Below are positions 1-11,100 of a stretch of 61,742 bases of DNA, in pieces. The stretch is from the NCBI RefSeq assembly GCF_000002075.1, contig NW_004798067.1, forward strand, positions 173,110 through 234,851. The letters are read 5' to 3'. The translations under genes were made by a program, and so were the position numbers. The stretch is from Aplysia californica. Lineage: Eukaryota. Each line of letters opens with the position of its first letter. Position 1 is the stretch's first letter. The notes beneath the pieces were generated by a model. It was not told where the DNA came from, searched no databases, and saw only the letters and a program-made list of their open reading frames with translations.

Positions 1-698
1 GTTACGTGTAGGACACGACTGTTAAAACCCCACTGAAAGTGGTTCAAGCTCGCTGGCCTCTCGTGGTAATTTTTAGTTGGTGGCCGAGCCCCGGTCTGAC
101 CTCCCGCTCCTGCACGAAGGTAATAAATCAGTGTCAGTCGGTGTCGGTCGGCCACTCCCGTGCTTAACAACCGTGACGATAGCGATGCCCGCCGCCGTGC
201 CTGCGTATTGGGTTCCCGCAATTTTTGTATCACTTTCCCTTGTTATTTCTCCCCATCTAATGAACCTAGATGCCTCATTTTAAAGATCGTCTTAATACTA
301 ACAAGACGGTCCCACTTTCGCTCCGGAAACCTCACTGGTGTTATAGCATTTACGCACTTCGCAGTACAAGTGTTTTGTTAACCTAAAGTTGCCTTTTAAA
401 GTATATTTCATTTTGGAGTTTATCTTCTCTAAAGCCAAACTCAGATTTTCACGAAATCTCTCTGCTTCCCTTGGGACAGTGATATGTGAATGGACTTCGT
501 ATTTGAATTGTGTGAGCAAGTGTTATTTGTGGGAAGTGAATGTGTGATTATATACGATTTTTTTTTTTTAAAGGGTACCCCTTTCCTTGTGCGTGATTAA
601 CTCGGACGTATTCTTTCATTTCTCTTCTTTAAAATATCGTGTTATTTTTCCAACATTTCTCTTATCGATTTGTTGGAATATTTAATCCCTGTTAAGAA

Positions 699-2028
699 AT
701 GGAGAAACATACAGAGGATTCGCATGTTCAAAAGCTGCACGAACTTTGCAGAACTTGTGGTGGCAGAACACTGTCAGTCAAGCAGAAGGCAGAGAAAAGG
801 CGACCCCTGCAGAGTTCTAAATTTGCGTCGGACATTCTCTTGGCCTTTGGTGTTAGCATTACAACGGACTCACAGACAGTACATTCAAACACCATCTGCA
901 AATCTTGCGTGGACAAGATAAGACATATAAAGAAACATTGCTATCAGGGCACTTTAACACGGGCAAGGGAACTCGCCGAAAGAAGTAGCCATATTTGGTG
1001 CCAGTATGACCCAACGTTGCCAACTGATAGCTGCCCCACATGCCTGTGGCATTATGAGACTTCTTTGGGCAACCAGATCAAAAAGGATAGCCCCGCACAG
1101 ATAGCTTCAATCTCCAAAGAATGCACACCAGACACAACAATATCATCAGATTCCATTTGTACAGACACAACGGCATCATCACAAGCTGACACAGATGTGA
1201 GTGCACAGTCACGCACACTCACGCTAGATACAACACACAGTGACACGGCAACACCAGGAGACAACACAGTAGGACTCACTGACACAGTGAACGAATCAAT
1301 AGAGGCTGACACAGATGTGAGTGCACACACACTCACTCCAGATATGATACACAGTGACACGGCAACACCAGGAGACAACACAATAGGACTCACTGACACA
1401 GTGAACGAATCATTAGAGGCTGATACAGATGTGAGTGCATACACACTCAATCCAGATACGATACACAGTGACACGACAACACCAGGAGATAACACAGTAG
1501 GACTCACTGACACAGTGAACGAATCGATAGAGGCTGACAGAGGAGATGGTGACACTAACACGATGGAGGCACCTTTGATGGGACCCCCACCCCGCCCTAT
1601 TGCTTGTTCTACACCAGCCAAACCCAAACCAAATGTAGCAGACATGAATACATCACCTGCTTTCAAAACTGACAGATACTTTCATGAATCTTTACAAAAA
1701 TCACTTTCACAGCCGCTAGATAAAGCTGAAGAAAAACTACTCACAAGTTTTGTGAGACGAAAATTGCATAACTCAAAAACAAACACGTTTGAATGCAAAA
1801 CAGGAGGGCAGTCAGTACTTGTAGCACGACTAAAGAAACTAAGGAAACAATTAGCACAGGAAAAAACAAGCACAAAACGAAAGACAGCCAAATTAGTTTC
1901 TGTTGTAAGGGAAATCACTGAAGGCACATCCAATGACAGCATCATCGCAGAACATGCAAACGAACTGAAGAGAGTCAAGGCACCATAGAGACGCAAAGTT
2001 TGTGAAGAAGCAGGGTTCAGTTGCACAC
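699..2028 (+). pseudogene. Transposase N-terminal part: RAG1-like/Chapa zinc-binding domain, T/D/S-rich repeat and KTGGQ basic region
   Basis: ORF 699-1988 has H-x7-CRxCG (HVQKLHELCRTCGG), D-x4-H-x4-C-x2-C (DSQTVHSNTICKSC) and W-x2-(Y for H)...C-x2-C (WCQY..CPTC). This is the pattern of the RAG1 N-terminal region (HQANLRHLCRICG..DVDSIHPTEFCHNC..WHPHTPSCDIC). TAG at 1986-1988 looks premature, since the frame continues RRKVCEEAGFSCT up to a (CT)n tract. Confidence 0.8.
1185..1540 (+). repeat. Coding tandem repeat inside transposase ORF (units of 120, 114 and 114 bp; ~38 aa)
   Basis: GCTGA(C/T)ACAGA recurs at 1185, 1305, 1419 and 1533; peptide unit ADTDVSAHTLTPDxIHSDTATPGDNTVGLTDTVNESIE. Confidence 0.95.
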
Positions 2029-2041
2029 CTCTCTCTCTCTG

Positions 2042-2095
<54 letters not shown>
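2029..2095. repeat. (CT)n microsatellite at the junction of the two transposase halves
   Basis: Direct inspection. Confidence 0.95.
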
Positions 2096-2098
<3 letters not shown>

Positions 2099-2926
2099 AT
2101 CACTACGCGTGGGGAGAAACTAAAAGGGGAGATTAGACATTTAGAACATTGCTTAGTACTTTCTGATTCTGAGGAGGAGAGAAGTAACTTTCAGAACCAA
2201 CTGATGGAGAAAGAAGACAGGTTGTCTGAGTTAGAGCATGAACCCCTTAGCCCTAGGACTAGCCCTATCTGTTCTCATTTAGACGCCATACTAAACTCAC
2301 ACAACATCACACCGCAGGCATACGACAGCCGCTCTTTCATTAGCGATCACTGCCACAAATACATCATGAGTCGCGTTTATAAGGACCTCACGGCATTTAT
2401 TGTAAAAGAAACAGTAAAAAAACACCCACTATCAAAATATAATTGACACCTCTTACACTCTCAGAGAAGAATTCAATCAATTAAACAACACATTTAGGGA
2501 CCTTCACATCCACATCTCACACGGTCAACCAGTGTCAAAAGACAGACTACCACTACCACACATTGACACATGCATCAAAACTTACATGTCATTCCACAGG
2601 AGACACTTTAATGAAAAGGTACTTCCCAAACACCACATTCTCGAAAACCACTGCATCCTGTGAATACAAACTTATGGGTTTGGTTTGGCTTTACATGGGG
2701 AACAGGATGTGGTGAACTCATCCATGCTTCTGTGGCAAAGCTAGAGAGAAGAGGAGCTGGGATACGCAATATTTAACAGCAGCTGAAAGTTGTCGTGCAA
2801 TCTCAGCACCTCTTGTCAAATTCAGAACTTTTATCTAACGCGCCTCCGACATAGAAAAAAGGTGATAGTGCAATCAACTCTTCACTACTCCAAAACTGTG
2901 GACTTCCCAGAAAAACAATTAAGTGA
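2096..2926 (+). pseudogene. Transposase C-terminal catalytic remnant (frameshifts and stops)
   Basis: Reads PICSHLDAILNSHNITPQAYDSRSFISDHCHKYI, frameshifts at the A-run near 2416-2422, then ...KVLPKHHILENHCIL*IQTYGFGLALHGEQ/GELIHASVAKLERR.... PKxHxLExH...GEQGxExxH is the C-terminal catalytic Glu motif region of Chapaev/Transib/RAG1-related transposases. TGA at 2661-2663, a frameshift near 2706-2712 and further stops follow. Confidence 0.8.
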
Positions 2927-3336
2927 GTTTTGATATTTGACCATTTCTGATGTATTTTAGGTGAATTTGAAGTAATGTTTAAGGTTTGATTAATTGAAAT
3001 TTGATTTTAAAATATACCCCCCCCCCCCCCAAGGGCAATGCTGAAATATGAGCATTTTTTGTAACGCTATATATATTTATCGTTATTTCATACAATTTTG
3101 CATCTTTCTCAGTGGGTGCAGAAGTTCCCTCTTGTTCCAAACGGGCAAAATAAAAAGACGATAAAGTCACCGATCGGCGTATTTTGCAAGTTTAATTATC
3201 CTAAAAATGAAATAAACAATGCTGTCAGCGGGGAATTCCCCTTGCCAGGAGTTCATGACCCTGTGACCGGGGTCAGATTACAAAATGCGGGGCGCTGGCT
3301 GCCTGCGAACTAAAGTACCACTTCCTAACAGCCGTG

Positions 3337-3745
3337 ACAATTCTATTACCGTGACAATTTTCCTCAGGTGGAGGGGATGAAATTATTGTTACATGTACGA
3401 AATGATTGTTACATGTAGGAAATTATTGTTACATGTACGATTATTACCCTAACGATTTTCTTCAGGTGGAGGAGATGAAATGATTGTTACATGTACGAAA
3501 TGATTGGTACATGTACGAAATGATTGTTACATGTACGAAATGATTGTTACATGTACTATTATTACTGTGACAATTTCCCCAGATGGAGGAGATGAATGGA
3601 TATTTATATATATATACGACTATTGTCGTTATAATTTCCTCCACGTGGAGGAGATGAAATAACTGTTACATGTACGAGATGGTTGTTACATGTACGAAAT
3701 GATTGTGATTATTACCGTGACAATTTCTCCCAGGTGGAGGAGATG
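3337..3745 (+). repeat. Intronic tandem array: 20-bp AATGATTGTTACATGTACGA units plus copies of the downstream splice acceptor and exon start
   Basis: Copies of pyrimidine tract + CAG|GTGGAGGAGATGAA with AG at 3366, 3464 and 3581, an AC-mutated copy near 3643, and the true acceptor AG at 3732-3733. Confidence 0.9.
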
Positions 3746-5064
3746 AAGATCCGACTGAAGGACCTGGACCAGGAGAATAGGCTGTACAAGAAGATGCAGT
3801 TCCGACAGGAGAAGGCTCTCAAGACATTTGAGGAGAAGGAGAACGACCTACCCAGCATCCTGGACAAGCACAACAACGAAGTCAGGTCAGTGTCTGGTCA
3901 AGTGTGTCAGTCTCGTCCAGGTCAGTTTGTCAGTGTGTCAGTTTTGTCAGTGTGTCAGTTTGGTCAGTGTGTCAGTTTGGTCAGTTTGTCAGTGTGGTCC
4001 AGTGTTTCAATTTTGTCAGTGTGTCAGTGTGGTCCAGTGTCAGTTGTTTCATCTGTGGTGTCCTCTGGTCAGTCTTGTTAGTATGATCAGTGTGGTCAGT
4101 GTGGTCAGTGTAATATATAAGTATGGTCTGGTGTGAGCTATTTCTTTAGTGTCCTCTTGTCAGTCTGGTCAGTGTGGTCCAGTGTCAGCTGTCTCGTGTC
4201 CTCTGGTCAGTGTGGTCAGTGTAATAAGTATGGTGGTCTGGTTTGAGCTATTTCTTTAGGGTCCTCTTGTCAGTCTGGTCAGTGTGGTCCAGTGTCAGCT
4301 GTGTCGTGTCCTCTGGTCAGTGTGGTCAGTGTAATATATAAGTATGGTCTGGTGTGAGCTATTTCTTTAGGGTCCTTTTGTCAGTCTGGTCAGTGTGGTC
4401 CAGTGTCAATTGCCTTCATGGTGTTCTGGTGTCAATCTGGCCAGGAGATCTTGCTCGCTTTTCAGGAACAGGACGGGAGGGGGGGGGGGGGAGTCCCATT
4501 ATTTTCCTTTGAAGAACAATTATTATACTAAGCATTAAATTTGTTTTCTATGTGTTCATCTATTATCTTTTTGTTTTCAAATGGAACTCTGTAAATGTTC
4601 AGATATTTTCACAAAGTCCCAGTGGTATCTGTCTTTTCCGGGGCATTTTGTCAGAAAAGTTTGTCATCTGTGATATTTCCTAACCCCCCCCCCTCTTTGT
4701 TAGTTTTTGCTGGATGGAATGGAGAAGCGAAATCAATAATCGTAGAGACTCTTGATTTTGAGATGTGAGGGCGCTAGTCTCAAGTCCACATTGGCCCAAA
4801 GACAATTTTTATTTGGGCCTGTGGTTTGTTTTCAGATCTTTGAAAGAACAGAACAGACGGCTTCGGGAGAAGTATGAGAAATCAGATCGCTACCTTCGAG
4901 ACGCCGAGGATGAGTTGGAAAAAGTGAAGAAGAGAATGAAGAAGTACAAAGAAATAGTGGAGGAGAAAGACTTAAAAGAGAGAGACGAGCTGAGCCGTAA
5001 GCTGACCCGAGCGGAGATCGACATGGAGGAGAAGGATGTCAAAATTAAGGTGAGGACAGAGAGG

Positions 5065-5111
<47 letters not shown>

Positions 5112-8100
5112 AGAGAGAGAGAGATGTCTTTTTCTGTACCATTGCTTTGGAGACTACCTTGTTACCATGTGGTAATAATAATAGATTTTTGAGGTATCCT
5201 GGTGAAATCAGGCTCTCGTCAAAATAATAAAATGTTCATATAAAAACACATTTCCATGTGAAATTTACTGAAAAACGTTGATTAATTGCAAAAAAATATA
5301 TGATTTTTAAGTTTTCAAGGAATCTCAAGCTATTAAAGTAACCAAACTTTGGCGGCCATTTCCTTGCTTATTTTATCACTGGAACCATTTTCTTTAATTG
5401 CAAATATCCTGGATTTCTTTTCAAGATAAATGGGGATTTTTTTCCGTTGAAAGCAAGGCAAATTAACAAGCTTTCAGATGATACCTATAACTCCACATGT
5501 CTAAAAATTGATGAGTGCCTGATTCCACCGCGTTGTGATACATTTCATTTATATAGCGCTCTGTCCCATATAAGTATAATCTCTGAGCCCTTTACACCGA
5601 TCACATGATCACTGAGCGTAATATTTCATACACACAAGATGAAACATTTCACATTAACAAGAAATCCAGTTCAACCACACAAAGAGGAACTTTCCTAACC
5701 ATACATCGATTGTATACACATAAGGACAGCGGTAAAAACGAAACATACTGGCACTTACTGACTCACTACAACTAAGAATTAAACAAATGTTGATTCATTG
5801 AGTTGTTGGAACTGTTAGAGGGAGGAGAAAAAAGATTTGGTAATGTTTGCAAAGATTCATCAGTTATAATAATAATAAAGATCATTTCTATTGCGCCCAC
5901 TCCCGTGTGAACACAGCTCCAGGGCTTACATTATGTTAAAAGTGAATTGTCTTGCTGAAGAATTTGTGTACTCAACGCTTTTGATAACTGTAAAGAAGAG
6001 GAGGAAGAAGAAAAGGAAAGGAGAAGAAATTAACCCATTACTAAGATACTATGGACATGATGAGTGTTATGTTTGTGTTCTGTATCTAGGAACTTCAACG
6101 GCACCTCGAAGTGCTCAAGAAAAATCATCGTCATGAGCTGGGCATTGAGGCTGCCAGGTTGAAGGAAATGAAGAGGCAAGTGGATGACATGGAGGAACAG
6201 AACGGAAAGCTGTCCACACAACTCAAGGTAAGACCATGGAAGTTTGTTTTTTTTCATTTAGAAATATTCTTAACTGCTCAGAGACAAAACAATTGTGTTT
6301 TTGACTGATGCTATTTGTCCATCATCTACTTTGAAAAAAGATTTTGAGGACGTGAATGCAGATCAGGGCTCTAAAATAAGACTTTTTGCATTAAAAATGA
6401 TGATAATACAAATACTTTAAAAAAAAGTAAAGTGTTATGTACTATTGCCTTTCTCACACTTTGTCAGAGTAAGAGCTGCCTTCTGTGATTGGGATAAATG
6501 TGAGTGTGGCGCTCATGCCTCATACATAATGTAAATTACTTGATAAAGTTTCTCTTGCTGTCTCCTCTCACTGAAAATTTCCCCTCTCACTCCTCCTCCT
6601 CCCTGCTGTCGTTGTCCTGTCAATGTGGCCAGGTTTTCTAACTCTCTGTTCCAGGGCTTTGTGTCTGAAAGGGAAAAGAAGCAACGTTTGTCACTGGTGA
6701 CGATATTTCCTATCCTCCCCCCCCCATCTTTGTTGCTTTTTGCTTACTTCTCCAGTTTTGTTTCATTTGTTTGACTTAAGTCACAGTTTTGTATGTTTGC
6801 GCAGACTTCTGTTCTCCTCACTCGTGGCTCCCTCAGATTATCCGTCTTGTCTCTTCTGTACTTTTTTTTCTGGTCTTTATTTTTTGTGGTTCTAATTCTT
6901 GACTTCTTTTTTTTTTCGTCATTAAAAATTTTTAAACATTTATTTCCTGTTGATTTGTGTTTTTGTATATTTGACATTTTCTTCTGAGCGTTGGTCAGTC
7001 ACTTTTTATTTGACAGCCTTCAGGCGACTTGAATGTAGGAGTTTATGTTGTGCTATAGGATTAGCTGTACCTGTATATATGTTTATGTTGGGTATGAGTC
7101 CCAGTTTTTGCCGCACCCCCAGAACTAGATTCACAGCGTTTGTTTCAAAGGACATTGTTCACCTTTTGTGCTCTCCCATAGTTTGATATCGTGAGCCGCC
7201 GTTAGCATTCATTTCCACTGAATAACTTTTAAGTTTCATTTCTTTTATCACAGCATTTTGCTTTTACTTGTCATCATTGTCGACATCACAATCATAATCT
7301 TAGTCATTCTCATCACCTCATCATCCTAGTCAACTCATCATCATTACCATCTTGATCTTCATCATGTTTTACAGTGGAAAAAATATACTTGAGACTTGGA
7401 TAGGGTTGATAATATTTAATCAGATGTTCTTATAGATGTTCATCGTTTGGCCCCTTGGGCTTCTGAAGGGACACAGTGTCTGATATTTTAAAAAGTGAGT
7501 TACAACGCCATAACAAAAAAGCATTCACTATAAGTTACGAAATGGTCGGTGGCCTAGTGGTTAGGCTCTCGGACTCGCAACCGTAAGGTCGTGGGGGTCG
7601 AATCCCGTCAGGGGCCCGACATTGTGTCCTTGGGAAAGGCACTTTACACGAATTTTCGTCACTTCACCCTGGTGAGAATGGGTACTCGGCTATAGACAGC
7701 GAAAGATCTTGTCAGTTTGTTAGTGTTTGAGCGCATAATCAGCTGCTCTCACTGTATGCTTCCCGGGAAGCTGAGAATGTTTCGGAGTGTTCTATGGTCT
7801 GCTGGGGTAATAATATAGTGTAAAGCGCATAGAGCCTGCTGTTGAGCGGGGATATGCGCTATACAAATGCTATTTATTTATTATTATATGGACGATATAT
7901 CGGAAAGAGCCGAAGCTCTGAAAAAGAAAAGCTAACTATAGTGCGGTCTAAAATTTGTGGTGCAACTTATCCTCAAATATCTCTTTAACGAGTAAATCAA
8001 TGGCATCCATACTTTTCATAGCAGTTTGTATCAATTTGTCTTAACTAAATGATATTTTTCCAGAACAATTGGGGCTAGATTAAAAAACTTTTCTTCATAA

Positions 8101-11100
8101 ATTTATGTAAAATACTTGAAATCTATCTCACGTAAAATGATATTGTTCACAGCACCTCCCGCTTCTCACACACATTTTGATTATGCATATATGGCCTACG
8201 TCACAGCTCATCAATGACAATGTTTACTTGCAAAACTTGTTACAAGAAATTATTGTTAAAGTAAACACATTTTTGCACTAATGGCTCTCAATACATGCGT
8301 TCAAAAAGCATAATGTCCCGATTAGAAAAACATGACGGACTTGCTATTAAAAGCAATATTGCCCCAGCTGTAAACATTTCAAAATGTGCAGAAACCACTC
8401 ACTTGTATTTTTTATTAGTGTTTATTAAGGAATTTTCTAGAATACAGCTTGCAGGTGTTTACGAAAAAGTTGATCTGTTAAGACAAATTCATACAAGTCA
8501 CTGTGCAAAAATTGGAGAACCTGTGTTTGATAGTTGAGAAGATATTTGAAAATAAGTCGCACACGATTTTTTGACCGCACCATAGTTACTGCCATGTTTC
8601 TGGCTGAGCGTATAGATATATGTTATAATAATTGGTCACACGTCTTGTTGAGAGCTGACACAGGAGTGGCACAAAATAAATTGGGGGGGGGGGGGGGGGG
8701 GGGGTAGATGTACATTCAAGTGTAAAAGCACAAAGAAAGGGAAAACACGAAGGTAAAAGTCTCACCACCTCATGTTTTACTGTAGAAAAAATATACTTGA
8801 GACTTGGATAGGGTCAGTCATTTTTAATCAGATGTGTTCATATAGATGTTCAAATGTTTCGCCTCTTTGACTTTGGCTTCTTCAGAAACATAGCGTCTTG
8901 ATCATCACCATCATCATCATTGTAGCTGTTGTTTACGGAAGTATCTGACTCATCTCTCTTGAGATATTAATTTAGCCACTTCCCATTTCCATCTGTTAAA
9001 AAATGGTCACACTGTCACAGCTGAGGACTCCTACAACAGAGTTATGGGCCTTATTTCAGCAGTCGCGCACGGAAAACTCAAATGTGTCGAGGAGTGACAA
9101 ATGTGTTCAGAACACATCCATTATTCGGGTCAACCAAAAATAAAAATTAAAGAAATTTCAGTCAGGGAATGGTAAATTGTACGAGCTGTTGTTGATTTCG
9201 AGTTTTGTGTGTTTGTGTTAGCTGTACCAAACTGTATTTCTAAACAAAGGTTAAATTTTGCAGCACATTCAAATGGATAAGGACGCCCTAACTCTGGTAA
9301 AACTTCCCTCCCCAACCTTGAGTCCAGACTGTACAAACAAAGTGTCTTCTTGTTTGTGCATCATATCAGAAAACAGTAACCTCATTAATAAACTTTCTCT
9401 TGGATATTTACTTTTTGTTTTAATGTTTGTGGATGAATGGTGGGTGCTCTGGTATGGTTTGCTCCTTGTTTCCTATCAAACATTTATCATCCTTTTCTCT
9501 CCTTCTTTTTTGTGTTTGTTACTCTCTTGTGACACCTCAAATCTTCAACCTTTATATGACCCAATTGTTTTGCAAGTGACATAAAATTCTTTTTAATTCT
9601 AAAACTAAAAATAAATTCTTGGTCCATTTCTCTGGTAGGCAAACACCCCTGGAGTTCTCTTGCTGTGCTAAACCCTTTTAGCCCTGACCCTCTGAGGCTA
9701 CCATGTTCCTCTGCCTGAGCTCTTGAGCAATATATTACTAACATTTATATGATCATCTCTTGACGTCATCCAAGGGCGTGCTACTCCCCTAATTATCTAG
9801 TTCCCACAGTAAAGATAAGAGTCATGTCCCTTGACATCACACCAATCATGGTAGCCCTCGTCATAACCAGCATCTAATTGGTCGCTTTTAAGGACAAGCG
9901 GGCTAACCCAGATTTCGGGGATTTCCAGAAATCTTGACTAATACACCAAAAGTAGGCATTGCCCAACCTATAGGAGAAGTTTGGTTTCATTGGTGTGTAT
10001 ATATGTTTGGTTATAGAGAAAACTCTCCTTGTCTTTTAAAGAAACTGAACAAGGGGCGAAAACTATAGATTTTCTCAAAACAGCATTTTTCGGGATAGCC
10101 CACTTGTGCTTAAAAGCGACCAATTCGTGACGATCCTCAAAATAATCAATAACGTACTGTTTAGTAAACACTGTTTTAGGTGCGTGTTTTGTCCTTGACG
10201 GGCTGAGCTGAGGATAGTGTCTCGCTCACCACTGTACAGGTGGCTAGGCATACGGGCAATCTTGAACGTTACCGGTGTACTGGTGGCGAGGGTTTAAAGG
10301 GTTAAATGAAGTCTAAGGCTCAACAGCACTGAGAAACACTGTTCCCTTCAAGCAGATTTTTACTTCAGTTGTGTTAAACTTTCCCCTCTTTTGAGATTCT
10401 GGTTGAGTTTGAGCTGATTCATTACCCGCGATCTGCTGTTGTGCCTTTGCTGTGTACTGTGGCTGAATTTTTTTACTGTATTTTTACTTTTTGCCACAAT
10501 TCATTATTAATTGATTTAGATATTTAATTACTTTTGAGATTGGGTAGTTGGAGGACACCACTGGAAGGTTCTACTTCTTTTCCTTAGCTTTAGTAAGTGT
10601 TTTACGGCACTTGCAACACAATAGGGTCATATAAGTGTCAAAGATTAGAGGTGTTACAAGAGTAACAAACACAAAAAAGAAGGAGGGGAGATAAAGACGA
10701 TAGATGTTTGATAGGAAAGAAGAAACAAACCACACCAGAGCACCCGCCAACCACCCATGTTTCCTCTTTTCTTTCCCTCTCTTGTTCCTGTCTATCTTTC
10801 TTAGTTCTTCCCAGTGCTAAATGACAGTTATTGTGTGGATGTCCTTCTCTTTACTCAAACTCAAACTTAGTTCTCTTAGAGCCTGCTACTGCAGTTATTT
10901 AAGTTTTATCTTATGTGCTGTATCTGACAGGAGAAGGAAAAAGCTTTGGAGCAAACGAACATCTACAGCAACCGGCCGACGATGGACGACTCCCAAGCGG
11001 GTTCTCCCATCCGAAGAACTAAGAAAAAAGCTTCCTCGATGACAGACCTCACTCCGCGGGACAAGGCAAAGTTTTACGCTGAGAAACGAAGGGAAGAGCT

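Larger units (their letters stand above)
14..3336 (+). mobile_element. Chapaev/N-RAG-TP-like DNA transposon with RAG1-type N-terminal domain; defective, internally deleted
   Basis: Terminal inverted repeats CACGACTGTTA (14-24) and TAACAGCCGTG (3326-3336; rc CACGGCTGTTA), 10/11 identical, with CAC...GTG termini. Further shared blocks AAGTGGT and AGYTCGCWGGC lie inside both ends. It encloses transposase remnants at 699-~2925. Both flanks resemble the host intronic tandem repeat. No clean TSD (AGGA vs ACAA). Confidence 0.85.

Noticed and set aside
10-13. Target-site duplication of the RAG1-like element
   Set aside because: Flanks AGGA and ACAA (or TAGGA and ACAAT) do not match, so no TSD is claimed.
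298-519. Minus-strand 73-aa ORF in the transposon 5' region as a second gene
   Set aside because: Non-ATG start, no recognisable motif and several stops immediately downstream.
1236-1517. Six perfect RSS heptamers (CACAGTG) inside the RAG1-like ORF
   Set aside because: They come from His-Ser-Asp and Asp-Thr-Val codons in a tandem repeat amplified three times, and no ACAAAAACC-like nonamer lies at 12 or 23 bp.
1052-1666. 204-aa minus-strand ORF and other antisense ORFs over exons (e.g. 14921-15361, 13091-13441)
   Set aside because: Antisense shadows of repetitive or low-complexity coding sequence.
2927-3325. Possible RAG2-like gene tail-to-tail with the transposase (ProtoRAG layout)
   Set aside because: Only ~400 bp are available, with no kelch-like or PHD-like translation on either strand.
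7542-7620. tRNA genes at the SINE heads (also 47678-47750 and ~52900-52970)
   Set aside because: They have A and B boxes but no clean cloverleaf, and they run into repeat bodies, so they are SINE heads.
9264-9296. Possible 33-nt alternative LCA5 exon (ttttgcag...CTG|gtaaaa)
   Set aside because: It abuts a dispersed repeat shared with ~24740-24900, would interrupt the conserved LK-EKE junction, and has no homology support.
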